NCBI GenBank assembly: GCA_041641295.1 | Contig: JBEPYO010000001.1 | Location: 1,312,001 to 1,376,000, forward strand | Source of the DNA: Nitrososphaerota archaeon | GTDB taxonomy: Archaea; Thermoproteota; Nitrososphaeria_A; Caldarchaeales; Calditenuaceae | Reading direction: 5' to 3' | Length of the DNA: 64,000 bases | Part shown: positions 20,696 to 29,342 of the stretch, in pieces | How positions within the stretch are numbered: position 1 is the stretch's first letter | How the letters are laid out: each line of letters starts with the position of its first letter | The notes under the pieces: model-generated | What the model saw: the letters and a program-made list of their open reading frames with translations, nothing else | The model's database searches: none | What the model was told of the DNA's origin: nothing | Program-made: the position numbers and the translations under genes

Positions 20696-21259
20696 TTATC
20701 TGAGCCGTAAAAGGTCCTTCGATGCTATCAAAACCTCAGTCGCCTTAACTATTGCCAAGACCTCTCCACCTTCGCGGATGTTCAGCCTATCAACACTCTG
20801 TGTCGTAACTATTGCCCTCAGAGGCTGTCCCGGCTCCAGCTCCATTTCAACCATACTCAATATCTCGCCCCTCTGAACATACTTTACTCTGCATCTTAAG
20901 ATGTTCCGCGCACTCAGAAAGCTTTCTATGAAGGTGGTAATGAAGCCCGGCCTAGTAACCGTCCTAGCTGAATAATAGCTCTCAAGCAGTCTGTAAGCAT
21001 GCTCAGTTAACGCGCTTCCACCCCCACCCCTGCCACCCCTCCTAACCTCCACGAGTTTTACTCCGAGTCGAGACTCAAGAAAGCGAATCCATTTCAAACC
21101 AGTCTTGAGCGTCACGCCAACCTCGCGGCATGCCTTGCTCAGACTTCCATACCTCCTCACACTATCCAGTAGCTCAAAGTAAGGTATACCCACGCTTATG
21201 TAACTGTCCCCGTCAACCTTCAAAACCACCTTGCCCTCACGAACTTCGGTTACCGACAT
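20696..21259 (-). CDS. ModE-like transcriptional regulator (HTH + TOBE)
   Basis: GSLSKAC, RGGRGGGGSALT, TOBE motif AIVKATEV; divergent from Mo/W ABC operon; start at 21259 or 21283. Confidence 0.85.
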   Translation of the reverse strand: MSVTEVREGKVVLKVDGDSYISVGIPYFELLDSVRRYGSLSKACREVGVTLKTGLKWIRFLESRLGVKLVEVRRGGRGGGGSALTEHAYRLLESYYSARTVTRPGFITTFIESFLSARNILRCRVKYVQRGEILSMVEMELEPGQPLRAIVTTQSVDRLNIREGGEVLAIVKATEVLIASKDLLRLR

Positions 21260-21272
21260 GTATCGTTGAGTA

Positions 21273-21285
21273 ATATGCTGCATAT
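21273..21285. promoter_or_regulatory. Candidate operator palindrome in the divergent modE/wtp promoter
   Basis: ATATGC-T-GCATAT perfect inverted repeat adjacent to TATTTAAATA. Confidence 0.35.
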
Positions 21286-21316
21286 ATTTAAATAGTTTAT
21301 AAGGCTGTTAAGCCAT

Positions 21317-22186
21317 GTGTTAAGTAAATTTACCCTACTGTCAATAATTGCGGCGGTTATCATGACCTTAGCCGCCGCGGCATTTCTTACCTTAAACACG
21401 TTAGGGGGGAGGGGTGTCGTCGTCTTTGCGGCACCTACCTTGATGGGGGTTGCTAGGGGGGCCGCGGACCTATATGGCTCTGGCTCAGTTGATGTGCGAT
21501 CGATAGGTAGTGTGATGGGGGTCAGGTTGATTCAGGCCGGTAATGTGCCGGATGTCTTCCTTAGTGTAGACTGGGAGCTCTTGAAGTTTATTCAGCCCCG
21601 CAGAGTCCTCGATCTGGGACACTTCAGACTACTACTCGTCTGCAGAGATAACTACACCCTAGCCGACCTAGGACATGTCAAGCTAGGCATAGCTAACCCC
21701 AACCTCGCACCCATAGGATACAGATCCCTAGCTGCAATTTACTGGCTCGGCACTAAATACAAATCGCTCACGCTTGACGAGGTAAGCCTTAGTCTTAACA
21801 TAACTTATATTCACAACTCTTCCGACCAAAGTGTCTGGATCTATGCCCGCAACTTCGAGGCAAATGGGCGGTTTACAGCGCGGGACGATCTAGCAGGCGT
21901 GGCCGCGTTGCTGGAGGGCGGGGCTGTTGACTGCATATTCGCCCACTCACCCTTTATAGTTGCGAGGGGTTATGCCGGTCGTTTCAAGATAATCGAGATG
22001 CCAGAAGAGATAACATTTCTCCAAGACCCTCCAATAAAGTTCATAGCAGTAACTGAGTCCGGCCCCATAGAGGTTAAGGCGTTCCGCGCATTCGCTGTCT
22101 CATTCACGCCTGCGGGAGATGACTTTCTAGATAAGATGGAGCAGATAGATTTGGAGAAGTATGGTCTGTGGAGGGGCCGTGGATAG
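21317..22186 (+). CDS. Tungstate/molybdate ABC substrate-binding protein (WtpA-like)
   Basis: GSVMGVR, PDVFLSVD, NPNLAPIGYR; context with ModE-like regulator. Confidence 0.72.
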   Translation: MLSKFTLLSIIAAVIMTLAAAAFLTLNTLGGRGVVVFAAPTLMGVARGAADLYGSGSVDVRSIGSVMGVRLIQAGNVPDVFLSVDWELLKFIQPRRVLDLGHFRLLLVCRDNYTLADLGHVKLGIANPNLAPIGYRSLAAIYWLGTKYKSLTLDEVSLSLNITYIHNSSDQSVWIYARNFEANGRFTARDDLAGVAALLEGGAVDCIFAHSPFIVARGYAGRFKIIEMPEEITFLQDPPIKFIAVTESGPIEVKAFRAFAVSFTPAGDDFLDKMEQIDLEKYGLWRGRG

Positions 22187-22877
22187 AATACTTCTCCTCG
22201 CAGTTGCAGTCTCAATGGCATATTTTATACTACTGTCGTTACCGGCCGTTATAGTGTTTGGCGCCACCCCTTCGCCCAGTTTCTTCTGGATCGTCGCATC
22301 CACAGCGACGTACGCGACAGTATCCTCACTCATAGTCCTCCCTATATCCTTCATACTAGGTTTCGCCCTAGCGTTCAGAGCCTCAGGCAGCTATATAATG
22401 CCACTCATACTATTCTCAACCGCCATTCCACACACTGCCCTCGGCGTACTACTCGCTCCGACAGTCTTCAGCCTCAAGATTACAGACACTGCCGCCGCAG
22501 TTGTTCTGGGAATGTTTGTTGTATCGCTGCCCATCGGGGTTGGAGTTATGAGGGCATCATTTGCAGCTCAGGGGGTTGAGTTAGAGGAGTTTTTGCGGAG
22601 TATGGGTGTGAGGGGTGTGAGGCTGCAGTGGTTCTACCTCAGAGCATCCCCTACAAGTGTCATTCTCGCGGCCCTCTTATCATGGTTTAGAGCCTTCTCT
22701 GAGCTGGGCGTCTTCCTCATAGTGGCGCAGAGGCCCCAGACGGTGGGTATATACATCTTCGAGGAGTTTCTCAAAAACGGGCCTACAGCGGTCGTCTCCG
22801 CTTCACTAGTGCTCTTAGCGGTCGCTATAGTGCTGACTTTAGTTGCGGTGATGCTGGAGCGTGCTCGAAATCCGTAA
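22161..22877 (+). CDS. Tungstate/molybdate ABC permease (WtpB/ModB-like)
   Basis: IPHTALG, WFRAFSELG. Confidence 0.8.
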   Translation: MVCGGAVDRILLLAVAVSMAYFILLSLPAVIVFGATPSPSFFWIVASTATYATVSSLIVLPISFILGFALAFRASGSYIMPLILFSTAIPHTALGVLLAPTVFSLKITDTAAAVVLGMFVVSLPIGVGVMRASFAAQGVELEEFLRSMGVRGVRLQWFYLRASPTSVILAALLSWFRAFSELGVFLIVAQRPQTVGIYIFEEFLKNGPTAVVSASLVLLAVAIVLTLVAVMLERARNP

Positions 22878-23526
22878 CCTAGTCATAGTCAGGGGGAGTT
22901 GGAGGCTAGAAATCGAGCTACTGAGAGTGAGGTCTAAGACTGTATTGCTAGGGAGGAATGGTGCCGGAAAATCAACCCTGCTTAAGGCCATCATGGGTTT
23001 AATCAGGCCGGCTGAGGGGAAAATAGTCGTCAACGGTAGGGACATCTCAGACCTTGCAGTTGAGGACAGGCCTCTGGGCTACATCCCCCAGGGAGTAGTT
23101 AGGCTGGCCATGACTCCCCGCGACCAGCTAGAATACTTCTCCAAGCTACACGGCACTGATTATAAGCCACTCATCTCCAAGCTGGGGCTCGAGGACCTCC
23201 TAAGGAAGAGGAATCTGTCGGTCGGCGAGTCGCAACTGCTCGCCATCGCGACCGTCCTACTGAAGAATCCAGAAGCCCTCCTAATGGATGAGCCTTGCGC
23301 AAATCTGGACTGGCTCAACAAGAAGCTCGTCCTTAACTTGGTCAAAAGCCTTGAGACCCCAATACTCTATGTTACTCACGACCCGCTTGAGGCTCTCCTC
23401 ATCGCGGATGAGATAGCATTACTCGAGGACGGCAGACTTAGGGGAGTGTATCCAAACGAGTGGAGAGAGAAGGTCCGGAGAGACTTCGAGCTATACGACC
23501 TCTACGAGAGGCTGAAAACCAGATAA
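22861..23526 (+). CDS. Tungstate/molybdate ABC ATPase (WtpC/ModC-like)
   Basis: GRNGAGKS, MDEP, YVTHD. Confidence 0.85.
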   Translation: MLEIRNLVIVRGSWRLEIELLRVRSKTVLLGRNGAGKSTLLKAIMGLIRPAEGKIVVNGRDISDLAVEDRPLGYIPQGVVRLAMTPRDQLEYFSKLHGTDYKPLISKLGLEDLLRKRNLSVGESQLLAIATVLLKNPEALLMDEPCANLDWLNKKLVLNLVKSLETPILYVTHDPLEALLIADEIALLEDGRLRGVYPNEWREKVRRDFELYDLYERLKTR

Positions 23527-23605
23527 TCGTGGGCAGGGGCCCTATAGGTGGCTGGCAAAACCCCTCTGCTTAAATATAGGAGAGCTTACCTATTGTTGAT
23601 GCCAA

Positions 23606-23971
23606 GTGATACCTTGGGATAAACGCGACTTCAAGAGGCTCTTCCCAGCCCTATCTGATGAGCTCGAACAATCTAGCACAAGCTTGGAAGACTCTATTAC
23701 AGAGACGGAAGAGGAGCCGCTCAGAGGATTCATGCCTGGTCCAGAAGACTACTTGATGAGGTGTGCAACAGAGGAAGAGGCAATCCAGGTCATAGAGTTT
23801 CTGAGACAGAGGAGGGAGATCAGTGAGGAGGAGTCGGAGAGGCTGAAGAAGCAGGTCTACGAGAAAGGCGTGAGGAGTTTTGGGCCTCTAAGAGAGGAGG
23901 GCTACTATCTAAGGACATATCACAGGAAGCGCCACCACAAGGCTCCCAGCGATGGGGCTGTTAGGGAGTGA
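23606..23971 (+). CDS. DUF2095 family archaeal protein
   Basis: FP.L..EL, DYL.RC.T.EEA, GVRSFG...E.GYY. Confidence 0.75.
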   Translation: MIPWDKRDFKRLFPALSDELEQSSTSLEDSITETEEEPLRGFMPGPEDYLMRCATEEEAIQVIEFLRQRREISEEESERLKKQVYEKGVRSFGPLREEGYYLRTYHRKRHHKAPSDGAVRE

Positions 23972-23975
23972 GCCC

Positions 23976-24593
23976 TTAGGATTGGGGCTGCCCGGCCGCT
24001 AGTCCCTCACTTGCGGCTGCGAATTGGGGCTTCGCAAGAACCTTCGTCTTAACCACTCCTACATGTCGGGGGAGTAGAATCTTCTTGACGGCGTTGTAGA
24101 TGTCTGAAGCGGTTTTACCCAGCACAATCTCTTGGGCGAACTGTCCTAGCTCAAGCTTTTTAGCCGATGCCTCAACCACCTCCCTCATAATGTGCCTAAT
24201 CGAAGTCTTCTTTCCAGACCTTACCCTGTTATGGGTAAATACAGTACACTGGACCCTCAGCCTATACCCATCCCTCGTCTCAACGTTATAGAAGCCATCA
24301 ATCTTGCTCGTACCGCGCCTCACGAGGCTCCTGAGAAACTCTCTATCGTACTCGTGCCCGTAAAAGATTGTCTCCGCAACGTTCCCATTGACGTTCACGA
24401 TCTGAAACTTAACTAGGATGTACTGTTTGGTCGGGTCGTCTGTCAGGGTGTAGAGGCTGATCTTAACTGTCCTGTTCAGCAGCTTTGCAGGGTCATCACT
24501 CATAGTTACTCCTATTACCCTCTCAGCGAAGTATGGGGGCGCCTTAATCACGTACTCAGCCTTCTCCCCCTTCTTCGCAGCCTTTGACGACAT
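23976..24593 (-). CDS. rps3ae: 30S ribosomal protein S3Ae (eS1)
   Basis: APPYF, FYGHEY, RSLVRRGTSKID. Confidence 0.95.
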   Translation of the reverse strand: MSSKAAKKGEKAEYVIKAPPYFAERVIGVTMSDDPAKLLNRTVKISLYTLTDDPTKQYILVKFQIVNVNGNVAETIFYGHEYDREFLRSLVRRGTSKIDGFYNVETRDGYRLRVQCTVFTHNRVRSGKKTSIRHIMREVVEASAKKLELGQFAQEIVLGKTASDIYNAVKKILLPRHVGVVKTKVLAKPQFAAASEGLAAGQPQS

Positions 24594-24659
24594 CTCTGCT
24601 CTTCACTGTTTAGCTCCTAATCAATATTTTAAGGCTAACGCAGGCGCCGGGGCTCCCAC

Positions 24660-24920
24660 TCACCGCCCCTCTCCTCTCTTCTCACAAATGATGGGTTCCA
24701 CAAGTAGGAGTGCCTGTAGAATGTCGTCTAATGTAGAGAGGAGGGTTTGTAGAGGTCTCTCTCTGCATGCCACTTTATAAACCAGCTCCTCACCCCTTCT
24801 TTCCACGCTTAGGCTGAGGTATGGGGGTAGGGGGTTATTGTCTGGGGCGAGTGACCGCTCAGCCATCTCTGCCTCAGCTTGGCTGCAAAACCTTACAACG
24901 AGAACGGCCTCGTGTCTCAT
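24660..24920 (-). CDS. pcc1: KEOPS complex subunit Pcc1
   Basis: SLAPDN motif; conserved recJ-pcc1-rps3ae order. Confidence 0.82.
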   Translation of the reverse strand: MRHEAVLVVRFCSQAEAEMAERSLAPDNNPLPPYLSLSVERRGEELVYKVACRERPLQTLLSTLDDILQALLLVEPIICEKRGEGR

Positions 24921-26377
24921 GACTCGTCATCTAGCGTTATCTGAGTCTTCACTTGGGAGAGGGCCTCGCCGATGAGTCTGTCAACCTCAAGCAGAAAGAG
25001 TGTAAGCCTCTCTGCAGGAATCTCGGCCCCGGCCGCTATCCTGTGGCCACCGCCCCGCCCAGAAAACTTTGAGGCGGCCTCCCTCATCACTACACCCAAG
25101 TTCACGCCTAGAGAGACTAGTTTGGGGGAGGCTCGGGCTGAGACTTTGACGATTCCGCCTTCTTGGCCTAGGACTATTAGGGGTTTATCGGCGGGTATGA
25201 GCTTTGAGGAGGATAGGATTGAGGCCACAGAGCTTACCTGTCTGACGTCTATCTCCGGCCCTACGCGGAGAACCACTATGTGATACATCTGTTCCAGATT
25301 TTTTGATGCAAAGTCAAGGCTCTTCTTCAGCATTGCCCTGTACTGCTCTACTACTCTCTGAGCCTCTTTGAGGACCCAGCCCCTATAACCCATGGCAACT
25401 GCTACTCCAAGCCAAGAATTGTTCGTCTTGCCACAGGCATTTAGAAGCTGTGAATATTCCCTAGCGTCCCTGAGACCGGAGGAGGCGCTCTCGTTCACTA
25501 GCTCATAAACAGTCCCAATCAAGTCTCTAACCGGCTCTGTGGGCTGATTATTCTTCACGAGATAGGAGACTATAGCGTTGTAGAGCTTGCTCTTCTCCTC
25601 CTCAGATAGGTCGGCGATTGTCCTCCACTTATCCCCATCCCTCACCTCTATTCCAGCCTCGATGAGAAGTGAGAGGCATGCCGCCTCGTCTCCGCTAAGG
25701 CCTGGTAGGTATGGGCTTTGAGTGCTGGCTAGGGCTTGGTGTATGGGCTTGGACTCTCTCCCATATAGTATGAAGTCTTCCCTGACCCTGAGTTGGGACC
25801 CATTTACCGCGTCTGAGACAATCTCCTCGTTTAATCCGACCAGCCTCCTCTTCTCCCCCTTGTCTTGAAGGTCTCCGAGACTCCCGACAACAGCCAGGGG
25901 GGCGTATCTCTGCGGATTAGGGACAATATTCCTCATTACGAAGTATGCGACACCCGCCGCGCTCACCTCAGATTCTCCGTCAATACCGAATAGGTGGGGG
26001 TTAACATGCTTCCACCTCTCCCCCACAGAAGTCTGGTCCGGCTGGTGGTGGTCAATTATAACAAGCTTCGCCTCACCGAAGATGCTTTTGAGCTCACCTA
26101 TACTGCCTCCACCCATGTCCACAAGTATGATCATTCTACCGTTGTGCTCGCCCATTACCTCAATAAACTCTTCAAGCCTGAAAACACTCCTAGCAATAAA
26201 CTTGGCTCCAATGTCTAGGAGCCCACCAGCCACAACTCCAATCGAGGATAATCCATCAGCATCGTTGTGGCCGGCGACGAGTATCTCCGCGCCGCGGCTA
26301 ACCTCATCTAGAATATAGTCCGCCGCCTCCTTACAGCTTGCATAGAACGCGGCTACGTCCCTTCTAGAGTCGTCCAT
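24917..26377 (-). CDS. DHH-family RecJ/Cdc45-like nuclease
   Basis: HNDADG, DMG, IDHH, GGGH..AAGA. Confidence 0.9.
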   Translation of the reverse strand: MDDSRRDVAAFYASCKEAADYILDEVSRGAEILVAGHNDADGLSSIGVVAGGLLDIGAKFIARSVFRLEEFIEVMGEHNGRMIILVDMGGGSIGELKSIFGEAKLVIIDHHQPDQTSVGERWKHVNPHLFGIDGESEVSAAGVAYFVMRNIVPNPQRYAPLAVVGSLGDLQDKGEKRRLVGLNEEIVSDAVNGSQLRVREDFILYGRESKPIHQALASTQSPYLPGLSGDEAACLSLLIEAGIEVRDGDKWRTIADLSEEEKSKLYNAIVSYLVKNNQPTEPVRDLIGTVYELVNESASSGLRDAREYSQLLNACGKTNNSWLGVAVAMGYRGWVLKEAQRVVEQYRAMLKKSLDFASKNLEQMYHIVVLRVGPEIDVRQVSSVASILSSSKLIPADKPLIVLGQEGGIVKVSARASPKLVSLGVNLGVVMREAASKFSGRGGGHRIAAGAEIPAERLTLFLLEVDRLIGEALSQVKTQITLDDES

Positions 26378-26470
26378 AATTCAGCACCGTTTATTGTTGG
26401 CCGGCTAAGATAAGAGGATTACCCGCGTGTAACCTCTTTATTACGGCCTTGGAGTGGGTGTATTTGTGGC

Positions 26471-27442
26471 GTGGTGTTGGAGGTAGAGGCGTGTCACTTA
26501 GGAGGTGTGATGCCGAGGTCTGAGGAGCTGATTATGGCTTTTAGAAGGTTTGCTGAGGGGCGGGAGACCTATGATAGTGTAGTGGCTCTGGCGCGGCGGG
26601 AGGCCTCTGCGCTTATTGAGATGCAGAGGCGGCTGGGCATGACATACATAGTTGAGGGCCAGCTCCTATGGCACGACATTCTGCGGCCCTTCGCCGAACA
26701 CTTGGAGGGTGTTAAGGTTGGCCCCCTGACGCGTTGGTTCGACAACAACCTCTTCTACAAGAAGCCCGTAATAGTCTCAAACCTCGTGAGAACAACTAGC
26801 ATCCTTGAGAAATATGTCTTTACAGACCTTTTGAAGGGGGTTAACTGGAAACTTATTCTCCCAGAGCCCTACACGTTCTACAGCCTATCAACCAACCAGT
26901 CATATAGCAGGTGGGAGGACCTGGTTCTAGACTTTGCAGGAATAATTGTGGATGAGTTGAGATCTCTTAAAGACTCTGGGCCGGCGCTACTCCAGCTCAG
27001 CGCCCCATCCCTCGTCGAGAAGAGGCTCGACATGGACCGTGTAGAAACCGTGAAAGAGGCCCTCAGAGTTATAAAGAACGGATTCGGCGGGCTGCTCATG
27101 GTCCACCTCTTCTTCTACGATGCCTCCAACGCTTTTCCATGGATACTCGATGCACCTGTCGATATTGTGGGAATAGACCCCTACTCCACAAATCTCGAGC
27201 GAGTCAGAGGGTACTCCTTCGAGGGTGCTCTCGCGATCGGATGCATTGATGCGCGGAATAGTTACGTTGAGAGTAGTGAGGAGATAGGGGCAATATTATC
27301 CAGTATGGTTAGGTGTGTCAATGCTAAATCATACCATTTAACCACTAACACAGACCTTGAGTATCTGCCGAGGCGTGTGGCTGATGCGAAGATTGAGAGG
27401 CTTGCAGCCGCTTATAGGCTTCTGAGGGGTGGCCTGTCTTGA
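26471..27442 (+). CDS. Split cobalamin-independent methionine synthase, N-terminal-half subunit
   Basis: EGQLLWHD..RP, RWFDNNLFYKKP; lacks the Zn ligands. Confidence 0.8.
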   Translation: MVLEVEACHLGGVMPRSEELIMAFRRFAEGRETYDSVVALARREASALIEMQRRLGMTYIVEGQLLWHDILRPFAEHLEGVKVGPLTRWFDNNLFYKKPVIVSNLVRTTSILEKYVFTDLLKGVNWKLILPEPYTFYSLSTNQSYSRWEDLVLDFAGIIVDELRSLKDSGPALLQLSAPSLVEKRLDMDRVETVKEALRVIKNGFGGLLMVHLFFYDASNAFPWILDAPVDIVGIDPYSTNLERVRGYSFEGALAIGCIDARNSYVESSEEIGAILSSMVRCVNAKSYHLTTNTDLEYLPRRVADAKIERLAAAYRLLRGGLS

Positions 27443-28557
27443 AGCTTTTCCCGACACAGGAAGTCGGCAGTCTCATGAGGGCTCCTTTCCTGCGTAAGAG
27501 GCTGGATGATGTTGTGATATCGGAGGCAGAGTACTGGGGGAAGATGTTGGGTGTGGAGGGATATGAGGTGCTGGTGGATAAGCTTAGAAGAAAAGAGTAT
27601 ACGCAGGAGGAGCTGCGGGATTGGGCCTCTCTCTATGCTATTCGATTTCACGAGGCTGCAGGGCTGGACGTTGTTTGGGATGGAGAGCAGAAGAGGATTG
27701 AGATGTATGAGCACGCTCTTAGGCAGGTAAAGGGTGTAGAGTTTCTCGGAAAGGTGAAGGTCTGGGATGCCGAGACATACAATAAGGCGGCAATAAAGTC
27801 AAAGCCCCAGCTAGTCGAGAATAGCTACGTCCCCGAGTTCCTATTCGCAAAGCGGCATGCACGTCGGGAGCTAAAGGTTCCCATAACAGGGCCATACACC
27901 CTGTCTGACTGGAGCTTCGACGAGTACTATGTCGCAAAAGCTAGGCCGTCTGAGAGCCTCATAGAGAGGCGGAGGGAGGCGAGGAGGGAGATGGTGTTTG
28001 ATCTGGCAAAGGAGGTGGTGAGGCCTGTAGTTTTGTCGCTTGTGGAGAATGGTGCCAACAGGATTCAGATAGACGAGCCTGCTGCCACAACTAAGCCTGG
28101 AGAGGTAGGCCTGTTCGTGGAGGCGTTTAACGAGCTGGTAAAGGGAATCAATGCGCGCTTCACAATTCACATCTGCTACAGCGACTACCGTCTATTGTTC
28201 CCCCACATACTTGAAGCCAAGGCCCATGAGCTATCAATCGAGTGTGCAAACAGAGATACGGTGAGGCTGGGGCAGAATGAGAGGATCGGCTACGAGGTCT
28301 TGAAGCTCTTCAAGGAGTACTCGGCGAATTTTATGATTGCCCCCGGCGTAATAGATGTGCACTCCGATTACATAGAACCGCCTGAGCTGGTGAGGGATAG
28401 GCTCCTCTACGCTGCCAAAGTTCTAGACGACCCCTCTCGGATTATAGCCTGTAATGACTGCGGCTTAAGGACTAGGAGATGGGATGTTGCCTTTAGGAAG
28501 GAAAAGAGCCTAGTTGAGGGTGCAAGACTCGCGCGGGAGGCTATAGAACGGGGCTGA
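27439..28557 (+). CDS. metE: Split cobalamin-independent methionine synthase, catalytic Zn subunit
   Basis: DGEQ.R, TGPYT, IQIDEPA, HIC, E, DCGL.TR. Confidence 0.9.
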   Translation: MKLFPTQEVGSLMRAPFLRKRLDDVVISEAEYWGKMLGVEGYEVLVDKLRRKEYTQEELRDWASLYAIRFHEAAGLDVVWDGEQKRIEMYEHALRQVKGVEFLGKVKVWDAETYNKAAIKSKPQLVENSYVPEFLFAKRHARRELKVPITGPYTLSDWSFDEYYVAKARPSESLIERRREARREMVFDLAKEVVRPVVLSLVENGANRIQIDEPAATTKPGEVGLFVEAFNELVKGINARFTIHICYSDYRLLFPHILEAKAHELSIECANRDTVRLGQNERIGYEVLKLFKEYSANFMIAPGVIDVHSDYIEPPELVRDRLLYAAKVLDDPSRIIACNDCGLRTRRWDVAFRKEKSLVEGARLAREAIERG

Positions 28558-28558
28558 G

Positions 28559-29041
28559 CTATTTCTTACTAGCCTCTTTCGCAGCCGCCTCAGCGGCCTT
28601 TCTGACAACACCCACTGGCCCGGTCTTCCGCCCCGTAGTCCTAGTCCTCTGCCCCCTAACCTTAAGGCCAAGAGAGTGCCGAACCCCTCTCCAAGACTTT
28701 ATCCTCATCTCCCTCTGAATATCCTCCTTTATCGCCAAGTCGAGATCAGCGCCTATTAGGTGAAGGTCTTTCCCACTCTGAGGATCCCGCCTCCGATTAT
28801 ACATCCAAGACGGAATACCGTACTTTGCCGGATTCCTTATACAGTCTTCAATCATCGCTAGCTGCTGGTCAGTTAGCTGTCCAAGTCTCAGCTCTGGGTC
28901 GATGCCTACTGCCCTCGCAACGGCGTATCCTAGTGGTATCCCCACCCCCTTTATCCCCGCGAGCGCGTAGGGTACCTTCTTACCGCCGTCTAAGTCGACG
29001 TTGAGCAGCCTAACGATCAGTCTGAGCTCCTGCTGGGCCAT
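28559..29041 (-). CDS. rps13: 30S ribosomal protein S13 (uS13)
   Basis: IKGVG, NRRRD, RHSLGLKVRGQRTRTTGR. Confidence 0.97.
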   Translation of the reverse strand: MAQQELRLIVRLLNVDLDGGKKVPYALAGIKGVGIPLGYAVARAVGIDPELRLGQLTDQQLAMIEDCIRNPAKYGIPSWMYNRRRDPQSGKDLHLIGADLDLAIKEDIQREMRIKSWRGVRHSLGLKVRGQRTRTTGRKTGPVGVVRKAAEAAAKEASKK

Positions 29042-29153
29042 CTGGGATAATGTGTTGGGGCTCTTCTAAATAAATATGGCTCTGATGTAGAATCGGGCGA
29101 TGGAGGCATGCATTTTATGATTCACACCGTCCATATAGGCCTAAGTTTTATTT

Positions 29154-29178
29154 AAAAAGGGAGAGAAAGAAGGGAAAG
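29154..29178 (-). terminator. Pyrimidine/U-rich terminator after the structured RNA
   Basis: Minus strand CTTTCCCTTCTTTCTCTCCCTTTTT just 3' of the hairpin. Confidence 0.5.
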
Positions 29179-29183
29179 TTGAC

Positions 29184-29342
29184 TGGTGGCCTCACGGCCT
29201 GACAGCATCTAGGAGAACCGTATGAGCCGTAGCAGTAAAAGGTTGGGCGCCTTGAGCCACCTTATTTGGCTCGCAGCGGTTTAACCATTGGTGCCCGGCC
29301 TCATACGGCCCTCTTCCCCGCCGTCAGACTGTGAAGCCACCA
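29184..29342 (-). ncRNA. Putative guide-type structured RNA overlapping the 3' end of the IS110/Tas-like gene
   Basis: 23-bp outer stem (29184-29206/29320-29342), 14-bp stem (29213-29226/29300-29313), apical GAGCCA/TGGCTC hairpin; five G-U pairs valid only on the minus strand. Confidence 0.7.
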
